This document shows positions 12,268 to 24,729 of a stretch of 64,000 nucleotides of DNA, one piece after another. Source of the stretch: Octopus sinensis. Its lineage: Eukaryota. A program made the position numbers and the translations under genes. The notes below the pieces were generated by a model. That model had not been told where the DNA came from, did not search any database, and saw nothing but the letters and a program-made list of their open reading frames with translations. Position 1 is the stretch's first letter. Every line of letters starts with the position of its first letter. The DNA lies in contig NC_042999.1 in the NCBI RefSeq assembly GCF_006345805.1, forward strand, positions 165,974,001 to 166,038,000. Reading direction: 5' to 3'.

Positions 12268-12894
12268 TTCAAACACGCAAGATGAATAATGGATCAGAAA
12301 AGCTAAGTAAATTCAGTTCAGGCATAACATTTATGGAGCATTGGAAAACGGTCAATGGAAATTGTTGCATAGTACTAGTGAAATCAGTAGATGGCATGAT
12401 CCTAATGAAAGACCAGTGAGTAATAGTTGTTTGCTGGAAGTTGGGCTGGGTGGGAGCAGTTTCAGTCAAATGATAAACCAATGGATCCAGCAGACGGAGA
12501 GAAACTTTATGAATTGGCCATCATCCACCATTTTGAAAGACACAAGCTTTTGCAGAGGTTAGAGCTACATACATGTGAATGGGTGCTACTTCAGTGTGTG
12601 ATCTACCACAGTATCTGTGGTCTACACAGTAAAATGATCTGATCTAGGTCAGGTTTAGGGTTAAGGTTAGGGGCTAGAGAAAATTTAGGGTTAAGGGCTA
12701 GACTGCAAACAAAATGTAAATGACCAGGTAGACTGCATGTATATAAGCATACATGTGTAGAGAAATGTATGTATATGTGTAGATGTGAGCATATGTATTG
12801 GTATTCCAGACATCATCATATAATGTTGTCTCTCTCCTTAAAGAACATTATAGAGAAATACTAAATTTTTAGTTTATTTCATTTTATTTATATA

Positions 12895-13291
12895 CTAGCA
12901 GTTTCGCCCGGCATTGCTCGGGTTTGTAAGGGAAATAACTATATAAGCATTTTTAGAGAGTTATAGCCAAAAAATAGCAAAAAAGTGCATTAAAAATGGA
13001 AAAAAAATTATGGTAAATTTTTTTTTTTAATCGTTGACTCATCGTAGACATTTTTAGAGAGTTACTTCCCTTATATAATAGCGAAAAATGTATTAAAATG
13101 GAAAAAATGATGGTAAATTATTTTTAAAATCGTAGACTCATCGTAGACGCGCGCTAATACCCAGAAGGGCTCGATATGAATCACGACTATAAGATACCCG
13201 GTTTTGGTTAAACTGCACCGCAAAATGTGGGAGTAGTTAGGAATCTAAATTGTAGGAGACAGACACACAACTTCACTTTTATATATAAAGA
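12895..13291 (-). mobile_element. Non-autonomous Helitron (family H1)
   Basis: CTAG end, cccggcattgctcggg hairpin and TC start; very similar to 39130-39630 and 57539-57939. Confidence 0.88.
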
Positions 13292-13561
13292 TAACACTTA
13301 TTCTTTCAGATTACTCAGAAAACCATTTTATCACAATTCTGAAGACATGAAGTATCTAGCAGTAAGGGAACACTGGCAATGTGGTCACATTGGTAATAAT
13401 GGTCTCAATTTTGGTACAAGGCAGTAATTTTGAAAGGAAAGGGTAAATTTATTACATGAGCTCCAGTACTTGAGGGGAACTTTATTTTATTCACCCTGAA
13501 AAGCTGAAAAGCAAAGTTGACCTTGGTGGGATTTGATTTCTGAATGTAAAGAGCTGGAAAT

Positions 13562-14030
13562 CATCCTCATCATCGTTTAACGTCCGCTTTCCATGCTGGC
13601 ATGGGTTGGACGATTTTGACTGAGGACAGGCAAACCAGATGGCTGTGCCAAGCTCCAATCTGATCTGGCAGAGTTTCTACAGCTGGATGCCCTTCCTAAC
13701 GCCAACCACTCCGAGAGTGTAGTGGGTGCTTTTACATACCACCGACACATGGGCCAGTCAAGTGGTACTGGCAGCGGCCATGCTCAAATGGTGTTTTTTA
13801 GGTGCCACCTGCACAGGAGCCAGTCCAGTGGCACTGGCAATGACCTCGCTTTAATGTTTTTTCATGTGCCACCGGCACAAGTGCCAGTAAGGCAACGCTG
13901 ATAACGATCATGCTCGAATGGTGCTTTTTACATGCCACCGGCATGGAAGCCAGTTATCTGCTCTGGCAACAATCACACTCGGATGGTGCTCTTAGCGCTC
14001 CACTGGCACAGATGCCAGTCATTGAATTTG
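13562..14030 (-). mobile_element. RTE 3' UTR (family A) nested inside a SINE family C copy
   Basis: Reverse-complement family A sequence whose flanks (~13395-13560 and ~14036-14090) are two halves of SINE C. Confidence 0.8.
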
Positions 14031-14605
14031 ATATGAAACTAAGCATTTTTTCCCGGTATGCTAACAACTCTGCTAGCTTGACACCTTAATAATGATAATC
14101 CTTTTTTACTATAGGCACAAAGCCTGAAATTTTGAGGGGAGGAGACTAGTTGATTACATCGACCCCAGTATTTCACTGGTACTCAATTTATCGACATCGA
14201 AAGGATGAAAGGCAAAGTCAATCTCAGCAGAATTTGAACTCAGAACGGAGAGATGGGCGAAATATCGCTCTGCATTTCATCCAATCAAAGGCATTTAGGG
14301 GGAGGAGACTAGTCAACTACATTGACCCAAGTGCTTGACTGGCCCTTATTTTTAAAATAAGTACTGACAAACCCTCCCTTACAATATTTCAGGCCTTCTG
14401 CCTACAGTAGAAAGGATTATTGTTATCAGCAGCAGCTCTAAGCCAATACAAACCACGAAAGACAACAGCATTTCATTCAAACTCAATACTCTAACTTCTA
14501 GATAACACACTACTGCCACCAAGATAAAAATAAAGACATTGGATAGTGTAGTCTTGGAGTATGTCTGACTAAAAGACAGGAAAGTCATAGCTAGAACGCC
14601 TTTAA

Positions 14606-14824
14606 CCCTTTAGCATTCACATTATTCTATCAAAAGAAATGATTTTTTTACTCACATCATTTTGAATTAATAATGAATTACCTTGTAGCTATGAGATTTC
14701 GATAAAGTAACTTAATTTTTAGAATGATAGTGTAGGGTAGGTGTGAGTGGTTGGATGTGGCCAGTTTAGACATAAAACAGGCAGAATATTTTGGCCATAT
14801 ATGGCTAGTTTAAATGCTAAAGGG
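14606..14824. mobile_element. piggyBac-type MITE
   Basis: TTAA|ccctttagcatt...aatgctaaaggg|TTTA. Confidence 0.8.
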
Positions 14825-15257
14825 TTTATTAAAAGTGGTGAACAGATAGAATTGTTAACATGCAGAATTAAAATGCCTTGCAATATTTTTTCCAACCCTG
14901 TGCCGTAAGTTCAAATCCTACTCAGGCCAGCTTAATGCTTCATGCTTTCAGGATCAATAAAATGAAGCACCAGTCTAAGACAATCAATTGGTAAAATTGT
15001 TAGAGTACCAGTAACTTGTGTTCTGAGTTCTTGGGTGGTTAGCTTAATTTGTTGCCCAGTTTAAGGCCACTATCTTGAGTGCCTTTAGCAGGGTTTACTC
15101 AGTCGATCTTTCCTCACTGACTACGCATTAAAAAAATATGAGCTCAACCTTGTTACCTCAGTAAGATAGCAGGAAATATTTTAGGCAGGTAAATAATAAA
15201 TTATCACTAATATGATAACAGATAAGTTCAGGAAAATCAAGTATTTCTTCATAATAA

Positions 15258-15676
15258 GGGCAGGTATGGCCATGTGGTAAGAAGTATGCTTCCCAACACA
15301 TGGTTCTGGGTTCAATCTTATGACATGGAATCTTGGGCAAGTGCCTTCTACTGTAGCCCGTACCCAAGCATGAAGCTTTCATGCTTTCACAAGTGGATTT
15401 GGTAAATGGAAACTGAAAGAAACTCATCATATAGATATGCATGTGTGTGTGTGTGTTGTGAGGTGGGGGTCTTTATGTTTGTCCCTCCAGACCACTCGAC
15501 AACCAGTGCTTGTTTGCATCTCTATAACTTAACAGTTCAGCAAAAGAAACTGACAGAATAAGCATTAGGTTTTAAAACTAAGTAAGCTCTGGGGGTCGAT
15601 TTGCTTGACTAAACACTTCAAGATGATACCCTAGCATAGCCACAGTCCAATGACTGAAACAAAGAAAGGATAAAAA
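15258..15676 (+). mobile_element. tRNA-derived SINE family B, diverged copy
   Basis: Colinear similarity to 18516-18924. Confidence 0.8.
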
Positions 15677-18515
15677 CGTAAGATGAGAGTTATACAGCAT
15701 TGACCACATGACTTAGAGTTTGGACTAGTGTTGAAACCAAAAAAGAGCATTTGTATGTTGTAGCAATAACAAATTTTTGAACAATAGCAGAACAATTATG
15801 AAATATAATAGCTGATACATGTTTACGTGTGATTGTTAAGAGAAAGCATTATAATAGCCACAAGGTTTATAGAAAGCAAATCACTTCTTGCACACTGCAT
15901 ACAGTGAACTTGTAACGAAAGACTGTTTTGATGGGATAATGTTCCATAAGTGGATATGGGAGGGTGATACATTTGTGTGTTTGGGGTACTAGTGTACGGG
16001 TGTGTATGGAGCAAAGGCACAATGGTGTGGCTGGGACATTGATACAATGGTATGTCTGGGGAAACAATACAATAGTATTTCTGAGAGTAAAAATAGTACA
16101 GAGGATCTAAGTTAATTCTACATTAGTGTGACTGAAAAAATCCATCAATGTGACATCTGATATAACTAAACCAAGCTAATTATTAATTTAATGTAAAAAA
16201 CAAAAAGGGCGTTTTGTGAATATTTCTTTAAATATAAAAATGATTAGTTTTAAGTGATGAAAATGTGGAAAAAACAGTAGAGCATGAAATTAGAAGGTGG
16301 GGGTCACATAATGAAATAAATCTTACTGATTCAAAATGGAGAGATGTCTGTCAATAGAATATATCAAACTAGGAGAAAGATGCATATCTTTTGCACATAA
16401 TTTGAAATAATTATGATAAGGTACTTTAATAAAAAACCAAAAGTACTAGATATTCTGTTTCCTCTAACTCTTTAAATTGACAACATAAAAAGAAAATGCT
16501 CCAAGACATTATTAAATCTTAAAGCCAAGAAAATATTTTGACTTAGTGGTGTTTATTTACATTTCAAGGACATGGATTAATTTGTATTCAAAAAGATTTG
16601 AAAGCATGACTAAAGAAATTATGGTTGTGGTAGGAGCGGAGGAGAAGTAAACTAAATGCTGTTACGTATTTAGTTTGTAAGAGGAAGCTTCCTTTGTTTT
16701 TGAAACTATGCCAAATACAGAATGACTTGGTGACTTCAGCCAATGTTTGTTTGTTTGGAAAGACTTCTTTACAGAGACTAATATGATCAAAGATAAATTA
16801 TCAGAAAGACAAGAATCACAGACAATCAACTGTAAGAATTAATAAACCAGAAGGAAAGGAAAATCACAGAACAAATGAAAAGATTGGTTTGGAATAAAAT
16901 CCAGGTTGAAAACATTAGAAAGATGTTTCAGGAAACTAAGGAAATTTTTTGCCAAATCTGTTGAGCACCACGACTGCTCGATGGCACAACATGAGATTAA
17001 TATTGGCTCTGATTTTAGTAATCTCTTAGTTCCAAACATTATTAATTTTTATATTCTATTTCTGAATCAGGACAAAGTTGTAATTAATTAGTACAAGATC
17101 TGTATAGATACTTACTGTCTGTGTCACTGACTCGTTAATGTTGAGGCCAATAAGGAAGGCAATGTCTGTGAAAGGAGTTATGTGTCAACAATGGAGATTC
17201 CATGTGGTTGCTGCTATCTCAAGAAAAGGAATGACACACTGAACAATGTAAATCTAGCTGGAAAATAGTCACACTTAGGATGCTAGTTATATTATGAAAA
17301 GTGAACATATAACGGACAGATCAACACCAGGCATAAGAAAAATCCATAAACTACAGAAACCAAACACTAAGAAAGGTGTCAAAAAAGAGAAGTAACCAAG
17401 CATTAAAAACTCACACAGAACAGCCGATAGAAAGCATCAAAACTGACTTAAACCAGACTAACAGCATGGCTGAATCCTAAAAAAAAATTGCAATGCAGAA
17501 AACTAGATGAAAATTCCTAGTAACAACAATAATCTTACTTTGTGAAGCATTACGACAGCAATAAAATCAAACAAAATCACATACAAAATATGGAGCAGAA
17601 GAAAAACTACAACACATTTTGTTCAATGCTTTAACAATTCTGATAGCTGGCCGCTTTATTAACATGATAATAATAGAAGAGAATGCAAAACTGTCCCAAC
17701 AAGACTCCTTGAAATCTTAATTATAGATAACAAATGGCAAGTAGACACTAGCAGAGCACAATGTCACAATAGAAATGTAAACACTGAAAATAAAATCAAC
17801 ATATTACACACACTAACAATTTACAAACTTAAGACCTGTCTCTCACTGGCACCAAAATAATACAACAAGTGACACAACAGCATCACAACTAAACTTCCTT
17901 TATGTTCTAAACAACCTTCACTCAGACATCCACATACCTCATCAGGCAAACTCCAATAACTGCTCTCCTAGACATTGCTTTCTGCTGCAGATGCACAGCT
18001 GCTACAAACAAATAGCAAACAATCAATTCTCCCAGCAGCCTTTTGAGCAGATACCCTTCACTTTCACAACACATCACAATCATTGAACAAAACAAAAATG
18101 CCTTTGTAAACATAAGATGGAACTATTTTTACCATAAGCATTGCAGGACAAACATTCAAAAAGATGCTTCAAAACAGATCCCTCAGGACAACATTAAGGA
18201 AACACAACCTGAATTGCACAATTGAAATAGACAACCAGACGAGAGAGAGAGAGAGAGAAAAAAAAGAAACAAGAATACCCTCAAACACAGAGCAGCAACA
18301 TCACTCAACAGAAATGAAACTCACTTTGAGCAACTGAACAAATAACAAAATAAAAGCAGAAACTTGACAAACATTTGTATCCAACATGAAAACAAAGAGT
18401 AAAACCCAATGTAATGAGGTTAGCAGCTTCCTTCCATGGCTATCACATATCACATTAACAGCTACAAGTAACACACCTACATTTCAACAGCAAGTAAAAT
18501 GTTTAAAAGTCAACA

Positions 18516-18686
18516 GGCGCAGGAGTGGCTGTGTGGTAAGTAGCTTGCTTACCAACCACATGGTTCCGGGTTCAGTCCCACTGCGTGGCATCTTGGGCAA
18601 GTGTCTTCTGCTATAGCCCCGGGCCGACCAATGCCTTGTGAGTGGATTTGGTAGACGGAAACTGAAAGAAGCCTGTCATGTATATG

Positions 18687-18719
<33 letters not shown>

Positions 18720-18924
18720 GTGTGTGTTTGTCCCCCTAGCATTGCTTGACAACCAATGCTGGTGTGTTTACGTCCCCGTCACTTAGCGGTTCAGCAAAAG
18801 AGACCGATAGAATAAGTACTGGGCTTACAAAGAATAAGTCCCGGGGTCGATTTGCTTGACTAAAGGTGGTGCTCCAGCATGGCCGCAGTCAAATGACTGA
18901 AACAAGTAAAAGAGTAAAGAGAGT
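18516..18924 (+). mobile_element. tRNA-derived SINE family B, young full-length copy
   Basis: A-box-like gtggctgtgtggtaag, B-box-like gggttcagtccc, central (TA)/(TG) microsatellite and an AGAGTAA-type tail; very similar to the copies at 26346, 53958 and 59115. Confidence 0.9.
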
Positions 18925-19084
18925 ACCAAATACCATACAAAGAAAACAGGAACGCACGACACAAGATATATATCTTCCATTTTGACTTCTCCTTTTCTCG
19001 GACACCATCAGAACATAAGAAAATTCTCAATAATCAAAACAAATCATGACCCAAATAATCCTATATAAAATAAAAAGCAGTTGT

Positions 19085-19320
19085 GCTGATGCCCCATAAA
19101 AAGCACTCATGCTGGTGCCATATGAAAGTGCTTGTTGTGCTGGTGCCATGTTAAAAGCACCTATCACACACTGTAAAGTGGTTGGTGTTAGAAAGGGCAT
19201 CCAGTCATAGAAACCAAGCAAAACCAGAATGGAACATGGTGCAACTCTACAGCTTGCCTGCTCTGGTCAAACTGTCCAACCCATGACAGCATGGAAAAAC
19301 GTATGTTAAAGGATGATGAT
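19085..19320 (+). mobile_element. RTE 3' UTR (family A), diverged
   Basis: aaaagcacc...gtggttggtgttagaaagggcatccag...gatgatgat. Confidence 0.75.
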
Positions 19321-20077
19321 ATTCAACTACTTGTATGAACAAGGAATCTTCGGCACAGTCACTCAACCTGCACAGAAGATTCCCTCAAATCACATCCTAC
19401 TATCTTAAGAAAAAAAGGATAAACAAAATGTATAATAAAGGTCGCAATAACATTAAAAAGATAAGCTGATCATCACTGGGGACATTTTTGGACATAGCAA
19501 AGCAGACCTGAAGCTAAACAACTATTCATATTAACCCTGCTAAATCCCCAGAATTTAGAAACAGCATAAACTTAAACATTTCTAACACCAAGCCTATCAA
19601 CCCTCCCACAAACATCTAAAATTCTAGGAAGACTTAGCCTTGACATCACCCACGCACATACTCTCCTTTCTAATCCACACCATGATTTGTACACAAAGTA
19701 AACATATCACTCATAAACCTCATATGACAGGTTTAGTTTTCCTAAATCCCACTAAGAAAAGCTACACTGACCAATGTTGTCTTAGATATAAATAGGACAG
19801 TATATTCATGGTTAGAATGCTACACCTGGAGCACTGATAACAAACCTTCTTTCTGCACTATTTTATCATTAACGTCAGAAAACTAATCTCTTGGTCTCCA
19901 TAAGAAACAATGCAAAATGCTGAGTAACAAACTAACAAATAGTTTACTAAGCTTTATGTAGTATCAATAACAAAACCTTTAGAAATTACAATTTCCAGTA
20001 ACAAAACTCTTAGTACAACTTCCCAGGATCATCTCAATTACTCATTTTAAATTATACCTACACTTCCTCAAAATATA

Positions 20078-21341
20078 CAAGGGACGTTCAATAAGTAATG
20101 CCCCTGACCCACTTGCAGTTGTTTGATCTAGCTGAAATTTTGCAAGTGCAATTATTTATATCTCTATAGATTAAGTGGCAAATACAGGTTTCTGATTTAC
20201 AGGTGTTTGAACTGAGTCAAGTGTGAAACGGAGCCTGTTGAGCGTCGAGCAGTGATCCGGTTTTTGTATTTGAAAGAACACACACCACGGGAGACTTTTG
20301 ATTAAATGAAAGTAACTTATGGTGATGATGCCCCATCATATGACCTTGTAAAACGCTGGCATTGTGAATTCAAACATGGTCAGATCTCTGTGGAAACAGC
20401 TCCCAGATCTGGTCGTCATTGATGAGGCATCTCTCTGTCAAGTTGAGGCTGCCATTTTGGAAGATCGACACATAACTATTCGCCAAATAGCCCATGAGGT
20501 CAAAATTAGTACTGGGTCTGTGGAAACTATCATTCATGACCATTTGCATATGCAAAAGGTGTCTGCCAGATGGATTCCCAGGTTGCTCACACCTTTCCAG
20601 AAGCAACAACGCGTCGAGTGCTCGAGGATGAATTTGGAGATGTGCCAAGAAGATGAGTCAAAATTTTTCAAAAGACTGATTACACAGGATGAAACCTGGG
20701 TCCATCACTATGATCCAGAGACCAAAGCCCAGTCAATGCAGTGGAAGCTCCTTGACTCACCTCCTCCAGAGAAGGCAAGGGTGCAGCTCTCCGCTGGCAA
20801 GGTCATGCTCACAGTCTTCTATGACCAGGACGGAGTAGTGATGACAGATTTCCTGGCAAAGGGTACCACAATTACAGGAGCCTATTATGCTTCACTTTTG
20901 AGGAAATTAAGAGAAGCTATCAAAATCAAGAGGCGGGGCAAGATCAGCAAAGGCATCCTCCTCCTGCAGGACAATGCTCTGGTCCACAACTCACGTGTCG
21001 CCAGATCAGAAGCACAGGCGTGCGGCTATGAACTCCTCCCCATCCTCCCTACTCCCCTGACCTTGCACCCTCTGATTTTCACCTCTTCCCAGCCATGAAG
21101 TTGTTTTTGAAAGGAAAGTGTTTCCCAGATGACGCAGCCTTGATTTCTGAAGTCACGTCATGGTTGGAGGACCAAGCTGGGGTCTGCTACAAAAACGGTC
21201 TCCAGAGCTGCATCAAACGATGGGAGAAATGCATAACTCTGGGTGGTTCCTATGTAGAAAAAGACTAATAACTGTGCCAAGTTTTGTAGCTCTACTTCTA
21301 TGGGAAGTGGGTCAGAGGCATTACTTATTGAACGCTCCTCG
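20078..21341 (+). mobile_element. Full-length mariner (DD34D) transposon with frameshifted transposase
   Basis: TA-flanked TIRs caagggacgttcaataagtaatgcccctgacccactt / aagtgggtcagaggcattacttattgaacgctcctcg. ORF 20364-21098 has WIPRLL, TQDETWVHHY and LLQDNA; the YSPDLAPSDFHLF motif is in a shifted frame. Confidence 0.95.
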
Positions 21342-21909
21342 TACACACTACTCCATGTACAAATAAAGTTACTGTCCACAACTGATTTTAACTCTCCATG
21401 AATCAGGGGAGATGAAAGGGGACAGATGAAACACAGACTTCCTTGCTAGATTAGGGATCCCCAGGAGTCATATGGACCCTGGTTAAGAACCACTGATCTA
21501 AATTATAACAATCAATTATATACACATGCACACACATTAACATTATTCAAACTATGAACTTTGGTACAACTTTTATGTGTTAGGTGTGAGAACTGGATGC
21601 AGGAGCAGAGTATAGTTTGGATAATCTAGTGATGTGAAAATGTATATCTAAATATGCATAAAACTAAATGTAATATAGCTGTTTACTGAGAACCTGATCT
21701 AGTTTCCTAATTTAATGATGATTTATCAGTGAAGATGATTGAAGTAGAAAGACAATGGTTACAAGTTTTCACTTAGATGTGAAAAGTTAGGAGGAGTTCA
21801 TAAAACCACTTGATCATCACCATAGAATTCAGAAAAATGTTTGAGCAATTTATATATACTCCTGGGTAACAGACACATTTAGCATACATTAATATAAACA
21901 TCTGCGAAG

Positions 21910-22106
21910 ATGGCAAGCTGGCAGAACTGTTAGCATGTCAAGCAAATTGCTTAATGGCATTTCGTCCATATTTATGTTCCAAGTTCAATTTTGCTTCTCG
22001 TTATTTCAATTTCAATAAAAAAAGTAGCAGCTGAGCACTGGGTTCGATGAATTCAACTTACCCCTATCCCAAAATTATTGGCCTTGTGCCAAAATTTGAA
22101 ACCAGT
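21910..22106 (+). mobile_element. SINE family C (other copies at ~22610-22808, 27020-27220, 33640-33770, 56580-56790 on +; ~14100-14260, 31878-32090, 32110-32320, 51930-52075 on -)
   Basis: Recurrent ~200-bp unit gctggcagaa..gttagc...ttctgagttcaaat...gataaaataagtaccag...ggccttgtgccaaaatttgaaacca. Confidence 0.75.
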
Positions 22107-22804
22107 ATAAACACCTGGATGGCAGAGACATAAAACATTCATTTATAATATACATTTAGATAGCAGACACCTCTATACTCTGAATACATGAAGTAAATCT
22201 CTCCCAAACAATCTCCCTTTCCACTCTACCAGGGTGCACACCATGAATACATAAACATCAAGTGAAGCAACATCTCCAAATCACTTCAAATCAATGATGC
22301 AACCAGCTCTAACAAAGTCCCTTTCCTTATGATTGAGAATGTCTCAACCAGTGTCCTTCCAGAGCTAATCCCTCTCCTCACCAAACCATTTCTACAAAGA
22401 TGTATCCATCTACAATATGACACCCCATATGAGAAAAATCTTTTCTCATATGCAGATGCTGTTCTTTCCCTCATTCTCTCTGCTTTCCCCTGCTGAAGTT
22501 AACTTGCAATATTGCAAGTTAACATACATATATACATCCATAGACACACACACACACACACACACACACAATACACATATGTGTATGCGTGTGCATGTAT
22601 ACATATATAGGCAGTGAACAGGCAAAATCATTAGCAAGCTGGGAAAAATACTTAGTGACATTTCATCTGTTTTTATGTCCTATGTTCAAATTCTGCTGAA
22701 GTCAACTTTGCCTTTAACTCTTTTGGGTCAATAAAATACTAGGGCTGATGTAATTGACTTATCCCTTTGCCCGAAATTTCTGGCCTTGTACCAAAATTTG
22801 AAAT

Positions 22805-22851
<47 letters not shown>

Positions 22852-23237
22852 GAAATGTGGTAATCAGAAGATCGGATGGTTCATATTTACAGATATTTAT
22901 TTATATATTACATTTTTTACATATATATATCATATCATTCAGATCATTAGCGCTTTCTCCCATTCTAGAATGGGAGAAAGCGCTAACATATATATATACA
23001 TATATATACATATTATATATTATATACATATATATATATATATAATATATATATATATATACGTTTAAATATTTGTTGTGCAAGATTTTTTATGTGAAGT
23101 CGTGTGTTGAAACTGATATTGTTATATTTCGGAATGGTCATATTGCCAGTTTAGCCAATAAAAACACACGCACTATATATTTGGTGTTACTTTGCTTCAG
23201 TGTTATTTATTTTTTACATTAATCTTAATCTTATTTC

Positions 23238-23282
23238 GGCCAGAGTTCTTTCGTCACACTCCTGTGACCGCATCAGTGGTCC
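23238..23282 (-). ncRNA. Hammerhead-like motif in PLE terminal repeat (non-canonical core)
   Basis: Minus strand: ggacca CTGATGCG gtcaca-ggag-tgtgac GAAA gaac TC tggcc. Confidence 0.55.
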
Positions 23283-23691
23283 TTTGCTTTCTTCTTACTT
23301 ATTTGTGTCTCTCCTTACTAACCGTCAGCCATTTTGTATTTCTATTGTATGTCATCATTTGTGCATGCTTATATCTCTATGTGCGTCTATGTTTATTTAG
23401 TGTGTGTGTGGGGGGGGGATGCCTGTAATATTTGTATCTTCTGTTTATATACGTTCGTGTAATTTGTTTTTGTTGTTATTGTTTTTGTTTATTCTTATTT
23501 TGTTCATGTGTTTACATCCACTTATTATTATCATTACGTATGCTTGTATGTATGTATGTATAACAACAATACTAGTAATAATAATAATAAATTGAAAAAA
23601 ATATATATATATATAAAAAAAAATATATAGTTATTTATTTCTATTTGTTTATTTGTCTGTGTATTTATTATGTTTTCGGGATCCTCTACCA

Positions 23692-24729
23692 TCATATGTT
23701 GTGGTGTGTGCCAGTGTTCCATTCCAGTTTCCTATTCAGGCTAGGTTTATTTTCTATTATGTGTGTAGCTTCTGTAATTTGTCTGATTGTTGCATCTGTT
23801 CTATGTGTGGACAATATTTTAATTTCTATGTTATTGATTGATCCCCCGTGTTCCTGTTCAGCGTGTTGGTACAGAATCGATGAGCTTTTACCTTCCTTTA
23901 CCCGCTCTCCTATGCTTCTTGCCGTTTCCCCTACATATGTCGTTGTCTTGTTACTGCATCGTCCCTCTATACATCTTATACTATAGACTACATTTCTGGC
24001 TTTACAGTTTGTTTGTGGGCTAAATCTACATACAGTACAGTACTTATCCGTACAGGGGGTTCTACTAAAAGGATAGGTTCTACCAATTATAGATTTGATA
24101 GGGTTGCCTGGCTTTTCAACAACCTTAATCCTTAGCTTAAGTTTGTCTAGGGTCCTTCTAAAGCGGTACGCCAGTTCACCTCCAGGGGTGGTGTCAACGA
24201 ACATGACACTCTGGTATTTACGGCTATCATACCAAGAGTTGGCCTTCCCTATTTTCTTTTTTGTCCTTTCTATAGTGTTCCATGACTTGTTCCTATAGAG
24301 TGGGCAAATCCCATTCCTATCATTACATAATATATTGTCAAATTTCTTCATGGCTCCTTTGTATACTCTGATCCTTTCTTTATGGCTGTAACCTGAGAAC
24401 TGCATGCAATGAATGAAATATTGTATGTGTCTCTTTAACTCTGTAGGCTCGCACATGCGTGACACCTTTCTCATTATTCTGATGAGGTCTGCCATCAAAG
24501 TATTGAATTTGGCATTGTCCGCAATGGCTGAGTTCCGGTGGATCAAGTATTTTGAGGCCATAGGTTTGGCATAGTATGAATGAAGGATTTGGGTTTTATC
24601 ATTCACAATTTCTAGCCAGAGTTCAGTGTCTAGTACTGGTAGTCTATGGTTGGGGTGTTTAGTGGGGTAGTCTATTGTGACCTTAATACTCTGGTGGATG
24701 GAGTTAGCTATTTGCTGGATGCTCTCCAT
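23692..24729 (-). CDS. PLE reverse-transcriptase C-terminus/thumb plus GIY-YIG endonuclease (345 aa, open but 5'-truncated)
   Basis: RT end (LPVLDTELW, YYAKPMASKYLIH), Cys-rich linker, then NVVYSIRC...YVGETARSIGERVKE...EATHIIENKPSLN. Confidence 0.88.
   Translation of the reverse strand: MESIQQIANSIHQSIKVTIDYPTKHPNHRLPVLDTELWLEIVNDKTQILHSYYAKPMASKYLIHRNSAIADNAKFNTLMADLIRIMRKVSRMCEPTELKRHIQYFIHCMQFSGYSHKERIRVYKGAMKKFDNILCNDRNGICPLYRNKSWNTIERTKKKIGKANSWYDSRKYQSVMFVDTTPGGELAYRFRRTLDKLKLRIKVVEKPGNPIKSIIGRTYPFSRTPCTDKYCTVCRFSPQTNCKARNVVYSIRCIEGRCSNKTTTYVGETARSIGERVKEGKSSSILYQHAEQEHGGSINNIEIKILSTHRTDATIRQITEATHIIENKPSLNRKLEWNTGTHHNI

Noticed and set aside
16300-17050. Possible ancient hAT transposase remnant
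   Set aside because: There is only a vague resemblance near 16720-16820, with no TIRs or clear motif.
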